A stretch of 64,000 bases of DNA from a virus (IMGVR_UViG_3300025645_000055:1-64000), one strand, 5' to 3'; counted from the first letter of the stretch, positions 1-7,635 are shown. Notes: a model not told the origin generated them from the letters alone. Made by a program: numbers and translations.

Positions 1-51
1 ATCAAAGTAAGATACAAGAGTTGAAGGTGACTCTTAGCAAACTTTAAAATT

Positions 52-123
52 GCCCCATCGTCTATGCGGTCTAGGACGCTGCCCTTTCACGGCAGAAACA
101 CGGGTTCGAATCCCGTTGGGGCA
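52..123 (+). tRNA. tRNA-Glu(TTC)
   Basis: Cloverleaf; anticodon arm CTGCC-CT TTC AC-GGCAG; T-loop GGTTCGAATCC. Confidence 0.92.
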
Positions 124-129
124 ACTAAA

Positions 130-200
130 GGTCTATTGGTGTAATGGTAACATACTTGGCTGTCGCCCAGGTGCCGAGGGTTCGATTCCCTCATAGACCG
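130..200 (+). tRNA. tRNA-Asp(GTC)
   Basis: Acceptor GGTCTAT/ATAGACC; anticodon arm CTTGG-CT GTC GC-CCAGG. Confidence 0.9.
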
Positions 201-205
201 CAATT

Positions 206-278
206 GGTGATGTAGCTCAGTTGGTAGAGCAATGGATTGAAGCTCCATGTGTCGTTGGTTCGAACCCAACTATCACCA
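206..278 (+). tRNA. tRNA-Phe(GAA)
   Basis: Acceptor GGTGATG/TATCACC; ATGGA-TT GAA GC-TCCAT. Confidence 0.92.
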
Positions 279-283
279 CAAAA

Positions 284-356
284 GGTACTGTAACTCAGAG
301 GCGAGAGTGCTAGTCTGAAACGCTAGAAGTCGAGATTTCGAAATTCTCCAGTACCA
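284..356 (+). tRNA. tRNA-Phe(GAA)
   Basis: Acceptor GGTACTG/CAGTACC; CTAGT-CT GAA AC-GCTAG. Confidence 0.88.
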
Positions 357-383
357 CAAGTTATATGTAGTAACATATAAAAC

Positions 384-413
384 TTGACTTTTTGAATATA
401 ATCATTATATTTG
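384..413 (+). promoter_or_regulatory. Bacteroidetes sigma-A-type promoter (TTG ... TATATTTG); representative of many copies in the window
   Basis: TTG at 384-386 and TATATTTG at 406-413 match the -33/-7 (TTTG / TAnnTTTG) consensus; the motif recurs before many genes (e.g. 4708, 7517, 9033, 18670, 18837, 18928). Confidence 0.75.
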
Positions 414-432
414 TATAATAAAACATATAATT

Positions 433-978
433 ATGAAAAATAAAAGATTAATTTATTCGTTATCTTGTCCGTTTACAGATGAGATACATTATATCGGAAA
501 AACTAGTGTTGGGATGAGAAGACCACTTCAACACGCAACTAAAAGTCACTCTAAAAAAGTTGGAGAATGGGTTGATGGTTTGAAAGAAATAGGACATTCA
601 CCAAAAGTGGATATATTGGAACAAGTCTCGTTAAATGATGACTTAGATGGTAGAGAGAGATATTGGATACAGTATCGTTTAAAGAAGGGTGATACATTAC
701 TAAATGATTGTTTAGTGACACCACTATTAATCTCTAATGATTTAGATATAATACTTGGTGATGGTGAAGGTATGGAAATGGAACGAATTAGTAGATTCGT
801 TAAGGAGAGAAGAAAAATGGTTGGGATAACACAAGAGGATTTTGCTGATAGAGCGGGTGTTGCGTTGACAGTATTAAGAAAAATAGAACAAGGAAAATCT
901 AATATTAGGGTTGATGGCTTGTTAACCATCTTAAGTATGTTTGGTTGTACTTTAGATGTGAAAAAAAAGGGGGTATAG
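433..978 (+). CDS. GIY-YIG homing endonuclease-like protein with C-terminal XRE HTH domain
   Basis: N-terminal LIYSL...HYIGKT...R (GIY-YIG) and ERYWI; C-terminal ITQEDFADRAGV...RKIEQGK HTH. Confidence 0.8.
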   Translation: MKNKRLIYSLSCPFTDEIHYIGKTSVGMRRPLQHATKSHSKKVGEWVDGLKEIGHSPKVDILEQVSLNDDLDGRERYWIQYRLKKGDTLLNDCLVTPLLISNDLDIILGDGEGMEMERISRFVKERRKMVGITQEDFADRAGVALTVLRKIEQGKSNIRVDGLLTILSMFGCTLDVKKKGV

Positions 979-1041
979 CAAAGATGGTCTATGCGTGTGG
1001 TTGAAGACCATGAGATGTTGGTTCGATACCAACTGCCCTCA
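969..1041 (+). tRNA. tRNA-Phe(GAA)
   Basis: Acceptor GGGGGTA/TGCCCTC; TGTGG-TT GAA GA-CCATG; overlaps the stop codon of the upstream ORF. Confidence 0.85.
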
Positions 1042-1046
1042 CAAAT

Positions 1047-1118
1047 GCTGCTGTCGTCTAATGGTTAGGACGTGTGGTTTTCAGCCACAAAATGAGAGTT
1101 CGATTCTCTTCAGCAGTA
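1047..1118 (+). tRNA. tRNA-Glu(TTC)
   Basis: Acceptor GCTGCTG/CAGCAGT; TGTGG-TT TTC AG-CCACA. Confidence 0.9.
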
Positions 1119-1136
1119 CAATATAAGACTAAATAT

Positions 1137-1209
1137 AGCTATGAGGTCAAATGGTTAAGATATCGCACTGTCACTGCGTATGGAGCGGGTTCAACTCCCG
1201 TCATAGCTG
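1137..1209 (+). tRNA. tRNA-Asp(GTC)
   Basis: Acceptor AGCTATG/CATAGCT; TCGCA-CT GTC AC-TGCGT. Confidence 0.88.
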
Positions 1210-1260
1210 CAAAAGTAAGGAACGTACAACCTTACATAATCCCAGGTTCGAAACTGGGGA

Positions 1261-1375
1261 GTACTTTTGGTGTAGTGGGCACTCTGCCCTTTAGTACCAA
1301 CTATTGGAGTCCATTGAGGGCTTACGTTGGGAAATGGGGCGGTGGTATGTGGGGTTCGAATCCCCCTTAAGTGGC
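1261..1375 (+). ncRNA. tRNA-like RNA with ~40-nt insertion in the anticodon loop
   Basis: D-arm GTG-TAGTGGG-CAC; anticodon stem CTGCC/GGCGG enclosing a CCAAC/GTTGG hairpin; T-arm GGGG-TTCGAAT-CCCC; weak acceptor stem. Confidence 0.55.
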
Positions 1376-1382
1376 AAAGTAT

Positions 1383-1461
1383 GCTGCGTAATGCAAATGG
1401 GTGAGCAACTGGGCTTTCAACCCAGCCTTTTGGAGAGTGGGTTCGATTCCCACACGCAGTA
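1383..1461 (+). tRNA. tRNA-Glu(TTC)
   Basis: Acceptor GCTGCGT/ACGCAGT; CTGGG-CT TTC AA-CCCAG; slightly long variable region. Confidence 0.85.
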
Positions 1462-1528
1462 CAAAATTATAAAATATGAAACGCTTGGGAGCCATAGATT
1501 AGAAAGAATAAACGAGAAGACCAAAAAC

Positions 1529-1978
1529 ATGGGTTCTCGTAAGGATAGAAAACTGAAGAAGTATTCAAATAACTTTAATAAGATGTTTGATTTCTACTTA
1601 AGTGTTTATCGAAGTGGACTTATCACATTTTGTGGTAATACAGTTAACGTAGATTTTGATGTTGATGGTAGTGATGGTAAGTTAGGCTTTAGGGAATATG
1701 ATAATGGTAGGTTTAAACAAAGGACCCCAGTATCAAGACATCCCAACATACTTAAAGGTGTTATCATCGGTAAGAAAGGTTGGGGACTTTGGTTGAATAA
1801 TTGGTCAGAAGGAATTGTTGAGTGGTCATTTACTAAAGAAGAAATACTGGAAGAGTTCAGTAGTAGAAATATAGTAATTCCAGAATCATTGATGAATGAT
1901 TGGGATAATAGATTAGAGACATTAAAACGAAAACGTAATCATAATATGTATATGGATTACTTAAAAAATAAATCGTGA
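1529..1978 (+). CDS. hypothetical protein
   Basis: Likely ATG at 1529 (the upstream part of the 1304 ORF runs through tRNAs). Confidence 0.7.
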   Translation: MGSRKDRKLKKYSNNFNKMFDFYLSVYRSGLITFCGNTVNVDFDVDGSDGKLGFREYDNGRFKQRTPVSRHPNILKGVIIGKKGWGLWLNNWSEGIVEWSFTKEEILEEFSSRNIVIPESLMNDWDNRLETLKRKRNHNMYMDYLKNKS

Positions 1979-2044
1979 TGTGGTGTAATGGTAACATGCT
2001 TGGTTGTCTCCCAGGTGCTGAGGGTTCGATTCCCTTCTTCACGG
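1974..2044 (+). tRNA. tRNA-Asp(GTC)
   Basis: Acceptor CGTGATG/CTTCACG; CTTGG-TT GTC TC-CCAGG. Confidence 0.85.
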
Positions 2045-2049
2045 CAAAT

Positions 2050-2175
2050 AGTCCTAAGAATAAACCGTAAAATCGGTTGGATTTAAGCTATCTTATTCAA
2101 GTGTATCGATGAAGCTTGGGTAATATAAATTAGATGGTCTAATACTAGTTGGGGGTTCGATTCCCTTTAGGACTG
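2050..2175 (+). ncRNA. enlarged tRNA-like RNA (126 nt)
   Basis: Acceptor AGTCCTA/TAGGACT, T-arm GGGGG-TTCGATT-CCCTT, inner stems AACCG/CGGTT, GCTATCT/AGATGGT, TATTCAAG/CTTGGGTA. Confidence 0.6.
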
Positions 2176-2189
2176 CAAAGGTTGTTAAC

Positions 2190-2278
2190 GGTAACGTCTG
2201 GTAACATCTGGTAATAATAAAAAAGCTAAGTCGTTAGTTTATAGGGGTTTAAAAAACGCCTCTGGTAACGTCTGGTAA
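2190..2278 (+). repeat. short 9-bp-period direct repeats TCTGGTAAC (3+2 copies)
   Basis: GGTAACGTCTGGTAACATCTGGTAA at 2190-2214 and TCTGGTAACGTCTGGTAA at 2261-2278. Confidence 0.75.
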
Positions 2279-2294
2279 TTAAAGTAGGAAAAAT

Positions 2295-2504
2295 ATGACA
2301 AAAAACGACATTAAAAAGGCATTATATAAGCAAAAGCCAGAGGCATCTCTTATATTGGTTAGAGGTGGTATTGTACATTATGAGTGTTCATTAGAAGACG
2401 GAACGGTTCTTTATTTTAATGTACCAATGGAAGATATGGGTGACGCTGGATTTTATCCAATAATGGATGCTAAACATCTTCAAAGGTGGTTACCAGAAGA
2501 ATAA
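2295..2504 (+). CDS. hypothetical protein
   Basis: 69-aa ORF between tRNA genes. Confidence 0.7.
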   Translation: MTKNDIKKALYKQKPEASLILVRGGIVHYECSLEDGTVLYFNVPMEDMGDAGFYPIMDAKHLQRWLPEE

Positions 2505-2512
2505 TTAAGATT

Positions 2513-2588
2513 GGGGGCACATGTACCAAGGCCTTGGCGAGTTTGGCTTGCAACCAGACTGTGGTGGGTTCGATTCCCACTGTCTCCA
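2513..2588 (+). tRNA. tRNA-Ala(TGC)
   Basis: G3:U70 in GGGGGCA/TGTCTCC; TTTGG-CT TGC AA-CCAGA. Confidence 0.88.
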
Positions 2589-2646
2589 CAATCTAACCAC
2601 AGCCAAAAGTGGGTAATAAGTACTCATTTGGCTGCGGTTAAAACAT

Positions 2647-2722
2647 AGTCCAATAAGCCCCGTTGGTTGGGGACCTAGACTGTCACTCTATGCAAATAAG
2701 GGTTCGAAACCCTTTTGGACTG
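2647..2722 (+). tRNA. tRNA-Asp(GTC)
   Basis: Acceptor AGTCCAA/TTGGACT; CTAGA-CT GTC AC-TCTAT; atypical D-arm. Confidence 0.8.
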
Positions 2723-2731
2723 CTAAATTTT

Positions 2732-2807
2732 GGGGATGAAGCTCTACTGGCTGAGCACTTGACTTGCACTCAAGAGGTTGTGGGTTCGACTCCCATCATC
2801 TCCACCA
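2732..2807 (+). tRNA. tRNA-Ala(TGC)
   Basis: G3:U70; CTTGA-CT TGC AC-TCAAG; encoded CCA end. Confidence 0.93.
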
Positions 2808-2896
2808 AAATGTTTTTAAATAAAAATAAATCACTAATTATTTGTGACTTTAAATTATTTGTACTATATTTGCATTATAAAATATAAAACATAATT

Positions 2897-3742
2897 ATGA
2901 AATCAGTAGAAACATTAATATTTGACAACGCAAAAGAATTTAAAAAGTATTTAAAAGGTATTAGTGTGATGCCAGAGTCTTTTAATAGGTCTGTCAAAGA
3001 AACCCACGTTGCTAATATGAAAAAATCAATAGAAAGTATTGGTGTACAACGAGCAATTATTGTGATTGAAACAGATGTGTTCGATGGAATAAATAGATTA
3101 TATACGGCAGATGGACAACACCTTAGAAATGCAATATTATCAACTGATGATGATAAACTAGGGAAACATTTTGTGGTATTTGTTAATACAACCGATTCAC
3201 TTGGTGATATTATTCCATTCATTAGTAGAATGAATAGTACTGCTAAAAATTGGACTAGTGATGATTATTTAACTTCTTGGGCAAGACATGGACTTGAAAA
3301 TTATATATACATTAAGCAAAGAAAAAAAGAAACCCATTTATCAGTTAACATGTTAGTTAGTGAAGTATATGGTAGAAGCGTATCAATCAAACTTATTGAT
3401 GAATTTAAAAATGGTGATTTAGTTATTAATAGAGCACAAGGTACTGATATCCTAAGAACATTTGATGAAGCATGTTCATTAGGTTTAACAAGATGTAATG
3501 CTAGTCTAACAGCAACGGCTAGAATATTAAAAACCAGACCAAACCTTAAGGGTGATTTTTTATCGATGATTCAATCTAATAGAACAACCTTTAGTCATAA
3601 ATTAAATAGGGATGCTTATATTACATTATTTAAAAACTTTTTAAATATTGATGATACTAGAAAACCAAATAAAGTTAAAATAGGTTCTGTCAGTAGTAAA
3701 GTTACAGTTAGTAAGCCAATTAAAGAATTAGAAACAGCATAA
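2897..3742 (+). CDS. ParB/Srx-like N-terminal domain protein
   Basis: NR...HV..MKKSI...IIV...DGQH motif typical of the ParB-like/DGQHR domain. Confidence 0.6.
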   Translation: MKSVETLIFDNAKEFKKYLKGISVMPESFNRSVKETHVANMKKSIESIGVQRAIIVIETDVFDGINRLYTADGQHLRNAILSTDDDKLGKHFVVFVNTTDSLGDIIPFISRMNSTAKNWTSDDYLTSWARHGLENYIYIKQRKKETHLSVNMLVSEVYGRSVSIKLIDEFKNGDLVINRAQGTDILRTFDEACSLGLTRCNASLTATARILKTRPNLKGDFLSMIQSNRTTFSHKLNRDAYITLFKNFLNIDDTRKPNKVKIGSVSSKVTVSKPIKELETA

Positions 3743-3745
3743 GAT

Positions 3746-4147
3746 ATGTTTAAAGTGATAGTCGCAGGTGGTAGAGATTTCAATGACTTTCCAAGGATGG
3801 TCATGGATTTGGATAAACTCCTTAAAAATAAGGATAGTGTCCAAATAGTAAGTGGAACTGCATTAGGTGCAGATAGACTTGGGGAAAGCTATGCCAGAAC
3901 AAGAGGGTTATCACTTAAACAATTTCCAGCTCCGTGGAGAGATATTGAAGGTAAACCAGAATCAGAAATTGGAACAACCAAAGGTGGTGAGAAGTATTGG
4001 AAGTTGGCTGGTCATTTTAGAAATGAACAAATGGCAGACTACGGTGATGCATTAGTTGCTTATTGGGATGAGAAATCTGGTGGTACTGGAAACATGATTA
4101 AATTGGCAAAAAGGAAAAAACTATTGGTAAGGGTTAAAAAATATTAA
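3746..4147 (+). CDS. SLOG family (YspA/DUF2493-like) nucleotide-binding protein
   Basis: VIVAGGRDF, VSGTALGAD, AGHFRNEQM, GGTGNMI motifs. Confidence 0.8.
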   Translation: MFKVIVAGGRDFNDFPRMVMDLDKLLKNKDSVQIVSGTALGADRLGESYARTRGLSLKQFPAPWRDIEGKPESEIGTTKGGEKYWKLAGHFRNEQMADYGDALVAYWDEKSGGTGNMIKLAKRKKLLVRVKKY

Positions 4148-4148
4148 A

Positions 4149-4436
4149 ATGGAAAACAGAACATTATCAGAAGAAGACTTTAAGATTTGGACTAAGTTCA
4201 AGACTCAAAATAAATACCAATATGAAAGGTTTTTAGAGGATTGTGCACACGATGAATTATTAGAGAAACATAAAGATGAAATTGATGATTTCATAGGCAA
4301 GAAATGGCATACAGAAGGAGCCCACGGTTGGGAATGTCATAGTCCAGTTAAGGTTTGTGTATATTCGGTAGATAGTTGGAAAGAATTTGGTGATGAATGT
4401 TGTTCTTATTGTGGTCAACCAGAAGAAAGAAAATAA
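4149..4436 (+). CDS. hypothetical protein (C-terminal Cys cluster)
   Basis: ORF; C..SP...CVY...CCSYCGQPEERK. Confidence 0.65.
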   Translation: MENRTLSEEDFKIWTKFKTQNKYQYERFLEDCAHDELLEKHKDEIDDFIGKKWHTEGAHGWECHSPVKVCVYSVDSWKEFGDECCSYCGQPEERK

Positions 4437-4438
4437 TT

Positions 4439-4672
4439 ATGAATTTTATAAAAAAATACTTTCACAAAACTAGGGTTGAATTAATAGATATTAAGGTTAG
4501 TCAAATCCTTGAATCTATATATCAAGATAATGATAGTTTTACACACCTGGAACAATCAACAATACTAAATAAATTGTTTACCAATTTTAAGATTAGAAAG
4601 GGTGATGATTTAGGTGTCGTGATTAAAGAAAAAGATGATATTAATGAGGCTTTAAAAATTCTTGAAAAATAA
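4439..4672 (+). CDS. hypothetical protein
   Basis: ORF from ATG 4439, operon-like spacing. Confidence 0.65.
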   Translation: MNFIKKYFHKTRVELIDIKVSQILESIYQDNDSFTHLEQSTILNKLFTNFKIRKGDDLGVVIKEKDDINEALKILEK

Positions 4673-4730
4673 TTTAAAAAAGACTTGTTTTATTAAATTA
4701 ATAGAACTATATTTGTACCATAATAAAAAT

Positions 4731-5229
4731 AACCATTAAAAAGGTTACTGGTTAGAGAGTCAAAGCGTAAGTTTTGGCTTGAAAGGTTCAATTCCTTTCG
4801 AAACCCTTCACGGGGTTTTGATTTTACCTTTTCAGATTAATATTTTTATTATAATTGGGTGTATAGCTTAGTGGTAGAGCACGGATATTACTTCGTGTGA
4901 TTTATAAGTGTTTACATTTTATCCATATACTGGAGTTACTGGCCTTTTTAAGCCCGTGGCGGAGGTTCGATTCCTTCTGCACCCACTAAAAATTGAAACC
5001 ATAGTTTGAGTTACTATACGAAAAAAAAAAGATACTCTTTCTGATTTATTCAATTTTTTTAACATAAAAAAATTAACCATTGTTAAGGTTACTAAACTAT
5101 ATTTAAATTGTAAAAACTACCTTAACAGATTTCTAATTTTTTTTTTATATAAATATTAACCATTGAGAGGGTTACTCCAACGGTCTGTCCCGAAAGGGCT
5201 TGCCGTTACCAAAGCCACCTTTTCAGATT
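4731..5229 (+). repeat. array of five structured RNA modules (AACCAT-9nt stem-TACT ... stem-GATT)
   Basis: Units at 4731-4838, 4890-4940 (permuted, inside a tRNA), 4997-5046, 5075-5131 and 5158-5229, with compensatory stem changes. Confidence 0.8.
4857..4985 (+). tRNA. tRNA-Lys(TTT)-like gene interrupted by a ~57-nt insertion in the anticodon stem
   Basis: Acceptor GGGTGTA/TGCACCC, D-arm GCTT-AGTGGTA-GAGC, T-arm GGAGG-TTCGATT-CCTTC; CGG^GC...CTTTTTAA-GCCCG with insert 4885-4941. Confidence 0.7.
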
Positions 5230-5247
5230 TTTAAATTTTATTTTATT

Positions 5248-7266
5248 ATGCAACACTTAATTACACTTATCAAAAGAAAAGGGCTATCAGTAGAAAAAGG
5301 TAGTTCTAACAACCCAGAATTAGTTCACCAAATTAACCATGAGTTAATGAACAATGGGTTTATCCTATCTAAAGACTTATTTGATAGGTTAGCTACAAAA
5401 ACAGTAGACGAATTGACTACAATTATGGATGATTTACTTAAGGGTATTAATCATGTTATTGGTGGTAGTGGTTACGTTGCTACATATAAAGGTTTCCCAC
5501 AATCCGTATTGGCTATTTCATATAACGAATTCGTGATGAATGCAATCCTTTACTACTGGACAAACCAAGCTTGGAGACCACAAGAAACTGTTGGTATCGA
5601 AAGAGAATTTGGTTTTGAATTAGCAAAATTAAAAGAATTATCACTTCTTGAGGTATCTCAAGTTAAATCAGTATTCACTGATATTATATATGCTAACAAT
5701 AGTATTTCTGCTTTTGATAAAGAGATTGTTGATTACTTCATCCAAAATGGTGCAGAATTCAATTTCGGTAACATCAAATTTAAAGAAATTGCAGCTTATG
5801 TTGGTCAAAGATTATTAAACGAAACTAATGTAGAGGTATTACCTACTAAGGATGCAACCAATGTTCTAAGAATTTGGGCTGCTTATTCTGGTGGTGATGA
5901 AGGTCTTAAAACTAATACTAGATTTAAGAACCCAACAAGTAGACAACGTGGTGTACTTTTAAGAACTCTTGAAGGTTGTTATAACCTTGAGGATTCATTT
6001 AAAGGTAGAAGAGAAATGTGGTTAAGATTCCTATTCTTGTTACACCCAGGTACACCTAAAAACGTTAAAAGGTATCCAACATTAGGTGGATATACTAATA
6101 AACTTAGGAATACACCTAAATTACTTAAAACGTTTAATGCTAAAATCGAAGAATTATTAGATGCTAAAGATGTTTCAGTATTTGAACTATTGGCTAAGAG
6201 TCCAGGTGTCTTTACTCGTAGACTTGACCATTTGGTTAGAGTGTTCGGTATTATGGCATTTAATAAGTGGTCAGATAGTAATCCATCAACTAAGAACTTG
6301 ATTCAAGCGTATAACCACTTTACTGATAGAGATAAAGTGAGTGATGGTAGAGGGGCAATCCTTGCAGATGCGTCTCAATCTAAAGTTGTAACGTATAAAG
6401 CGTTAGAGCCATTAGATGCTAAACTTGTTAATACTATTAAGGTAGGTATTATTACTTTACTTAATGACACTGTTAGTGATACACTAGGTGATAAGAAAAT
6501 ATTTATTGACTTACCACTTTATTACAGACCATTAGATGCTAATAATAGAGCTTCTAACTTGAGTCTTAATGGAAACGTTAACGGTACTGTTGAAAGAGCA
6601 GATGTTGAAAAAACCATTAGATTATATGTTCACTGGGAAGGTAGAGATGATATTGATTTATCTGCATTCTCTATCACAAGTAAAAACGATGTGAATAAGA
6701 TTGGTTGGAACAGTCACCATAAAGTTGATGGTATTGTTTATTCTGGTGATAACACTGGACATAACGATAAGAATGCCGAATACATCGATATTACACCAAG
6801 TAAATTGGCTAGTGGTACTGAATGGGTAATTGTAGATGCTAATATCTATAGTGGTAAACACAACTTTAAATCATATGATGGGAGAATCAAAGCTGGTTGG
6901 ATGCTTAGAAGTAAGCCAGAATCAAATACGGCTTGGTTACCTAAAACAGTTGCAAATGCACAAGTATTGGCTTCTGAAGGTAGAATAGCATATTTAATGG
7001 CTTATCACGTACCAACCAAGAGTATTGTATACTTAGATTTAACTAGCGACACAACCAATGTAACAAATGGTGAAGATGCGTTGAAAATGAGAATGTTCTT
7101 AGACAGATTCGTAACTCTTAAGAGTGATGAAGACCTTTCTTGGGATAAAATTAACCAAGGACACTTGTTACATTTATTAGCTGGAGAGGTGGTAGATGAT
7201 GCTAAATTAGCGGATATTCACTTCAGTGAATTGACAACAACCGAAGAGGTTAGTAAATACCTATAG
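5248..7266 (+). CDS. large alpha-helical protein with C-terminal TerD-like domain
   Basis: C-terminal HW..DDIDLSA...YSGD.T...AEYIDI...IYSG TerD motifs; N-terminal ATNVLR...SGGD and PGVF.RRLDHL; likely start ATG 5248. Confidence 0.7.
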   Translation: MQHLITLIKRKGLSVEKGSSNNPELVHQINHELMNNGFILSKDLFDRLATKTVDELTTIMDDLLKGINHVIGGSGYVATYKGFPQSVLAISYNEFVMNAILYYWTNQAWRPQETVGIEREFGFELAKLKELSLLEVSQVKSVFTDIIYANNSISAFDKEIVDYFIQNGAEFNFGNIKFKEIAAYVGQRLLNETNVEVLPTKDATNVLRIWAAYSGGDEGLKTNTRFKNPTSRQRGVLLRTLEGCYNLEDSFKGRREMWLRFLFLLHPGTPKNVKRYPTLGGYTNKLRNTPKLLKTFNAKIEELLDAKDVSVFELLAKSPGVFTRRLDHLVRVFGIMAFNKWSDSNPSTKNLIQAYNHFTDRDKVSDGRGAILADASQSKVVTYKALEPLDAKLVNTIKVGIITLLNDTVSDTLGDKKIFIDLPLYYRPLDANNRASNLSLNGNVNGTVERADVEKTIRLYVHWEGRDDIDLSAFSITSKNDVNKIGWNSHHKVDGIVYSGDNTGHNDKNAEYIDITPSKLASGTEWVIVDANIYSGKHNFKSYDGRIKAGWMLRSKPESNTAWLPKTVANAQVLASEGRIAYLMAYHVPTKSIVYLDLTSDTTNVTNGEDALKMRMFLDRFVTLKSDEDLSWDKINQGHLLHLLAGEVVDDAKLADIHFSELTTTEEVSKYL

Positions 7267-7541
7267 AGGTATTATAAAAATAAATGAAGATAACTATCCC
7301 TTAAGTATTTTAAGGGATATTTATTTGTTCAATAAATAACAATAAATTAAATTTGAAAATGATGGTTGAAACTTTAAACCTTAGAACTAGGTATGCTGAG
7401 AAGAGAAGACATGGTATACATTCTAAAACACCTAGGGTGATTTGGAAAAGCAGAAGTAGACATATTGCTTAATGTTAATAAAACGTTAAAAGCTTTGTTT
7501 ATTTAAACTTAATACTTATATTTGTATATGAGTATTTATAT

Positions 7542-7613
7542 GACTTAGTGGCACTGGGCGTGTCTGGGCGGATTCTAAACCTGCTTATTGGGGTTCGAGT
7601 CCCCACTTCGTCA
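7542..7613 (+). tRNA. amber suppressor-like tRNA (anticodon CTA)
   Basis: D-arm GCAC-TGGGC-GTGT; anticodon arm GGGCGG-A TT CTA AA C-CTGCTT; T-arm TGGGG-TTCGAGT-CCCCA; acceptor with two mismatches; own promoter at 7517-7524. Confidence 0.72.
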
Positions 7614-7635
7614 CTAACATTAAAACAATTATATT

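Noticed and set aside
87-269. Short ORFs overlapping tRNA genes (87-269 minus, 1074-1370, 5-prime part of 1304-1978, 2663-2887, 21340-21549, 21556-21768)
   Set aside because: They translate tRNA sequence or its complement; spurious
546-929. Numerous minus-strand ORFs of 60-180 aa throughout the window
   Set aside because: Antisense shadows of well-supported plus-strand genes with no recognisable motifs; only 44874-45749 is accepted
4731-5229. Possible CRISPR array
   Set aside because: Repeats are bipartite with variable stems and irregular spacing, not identical direct repeats with uniform spacers; no cas genes in the window
7359-7472. 37-codon basic ORF between terminator and promoter
   Set aside because: No motif or supporting signal; cannot be distinguished from chance
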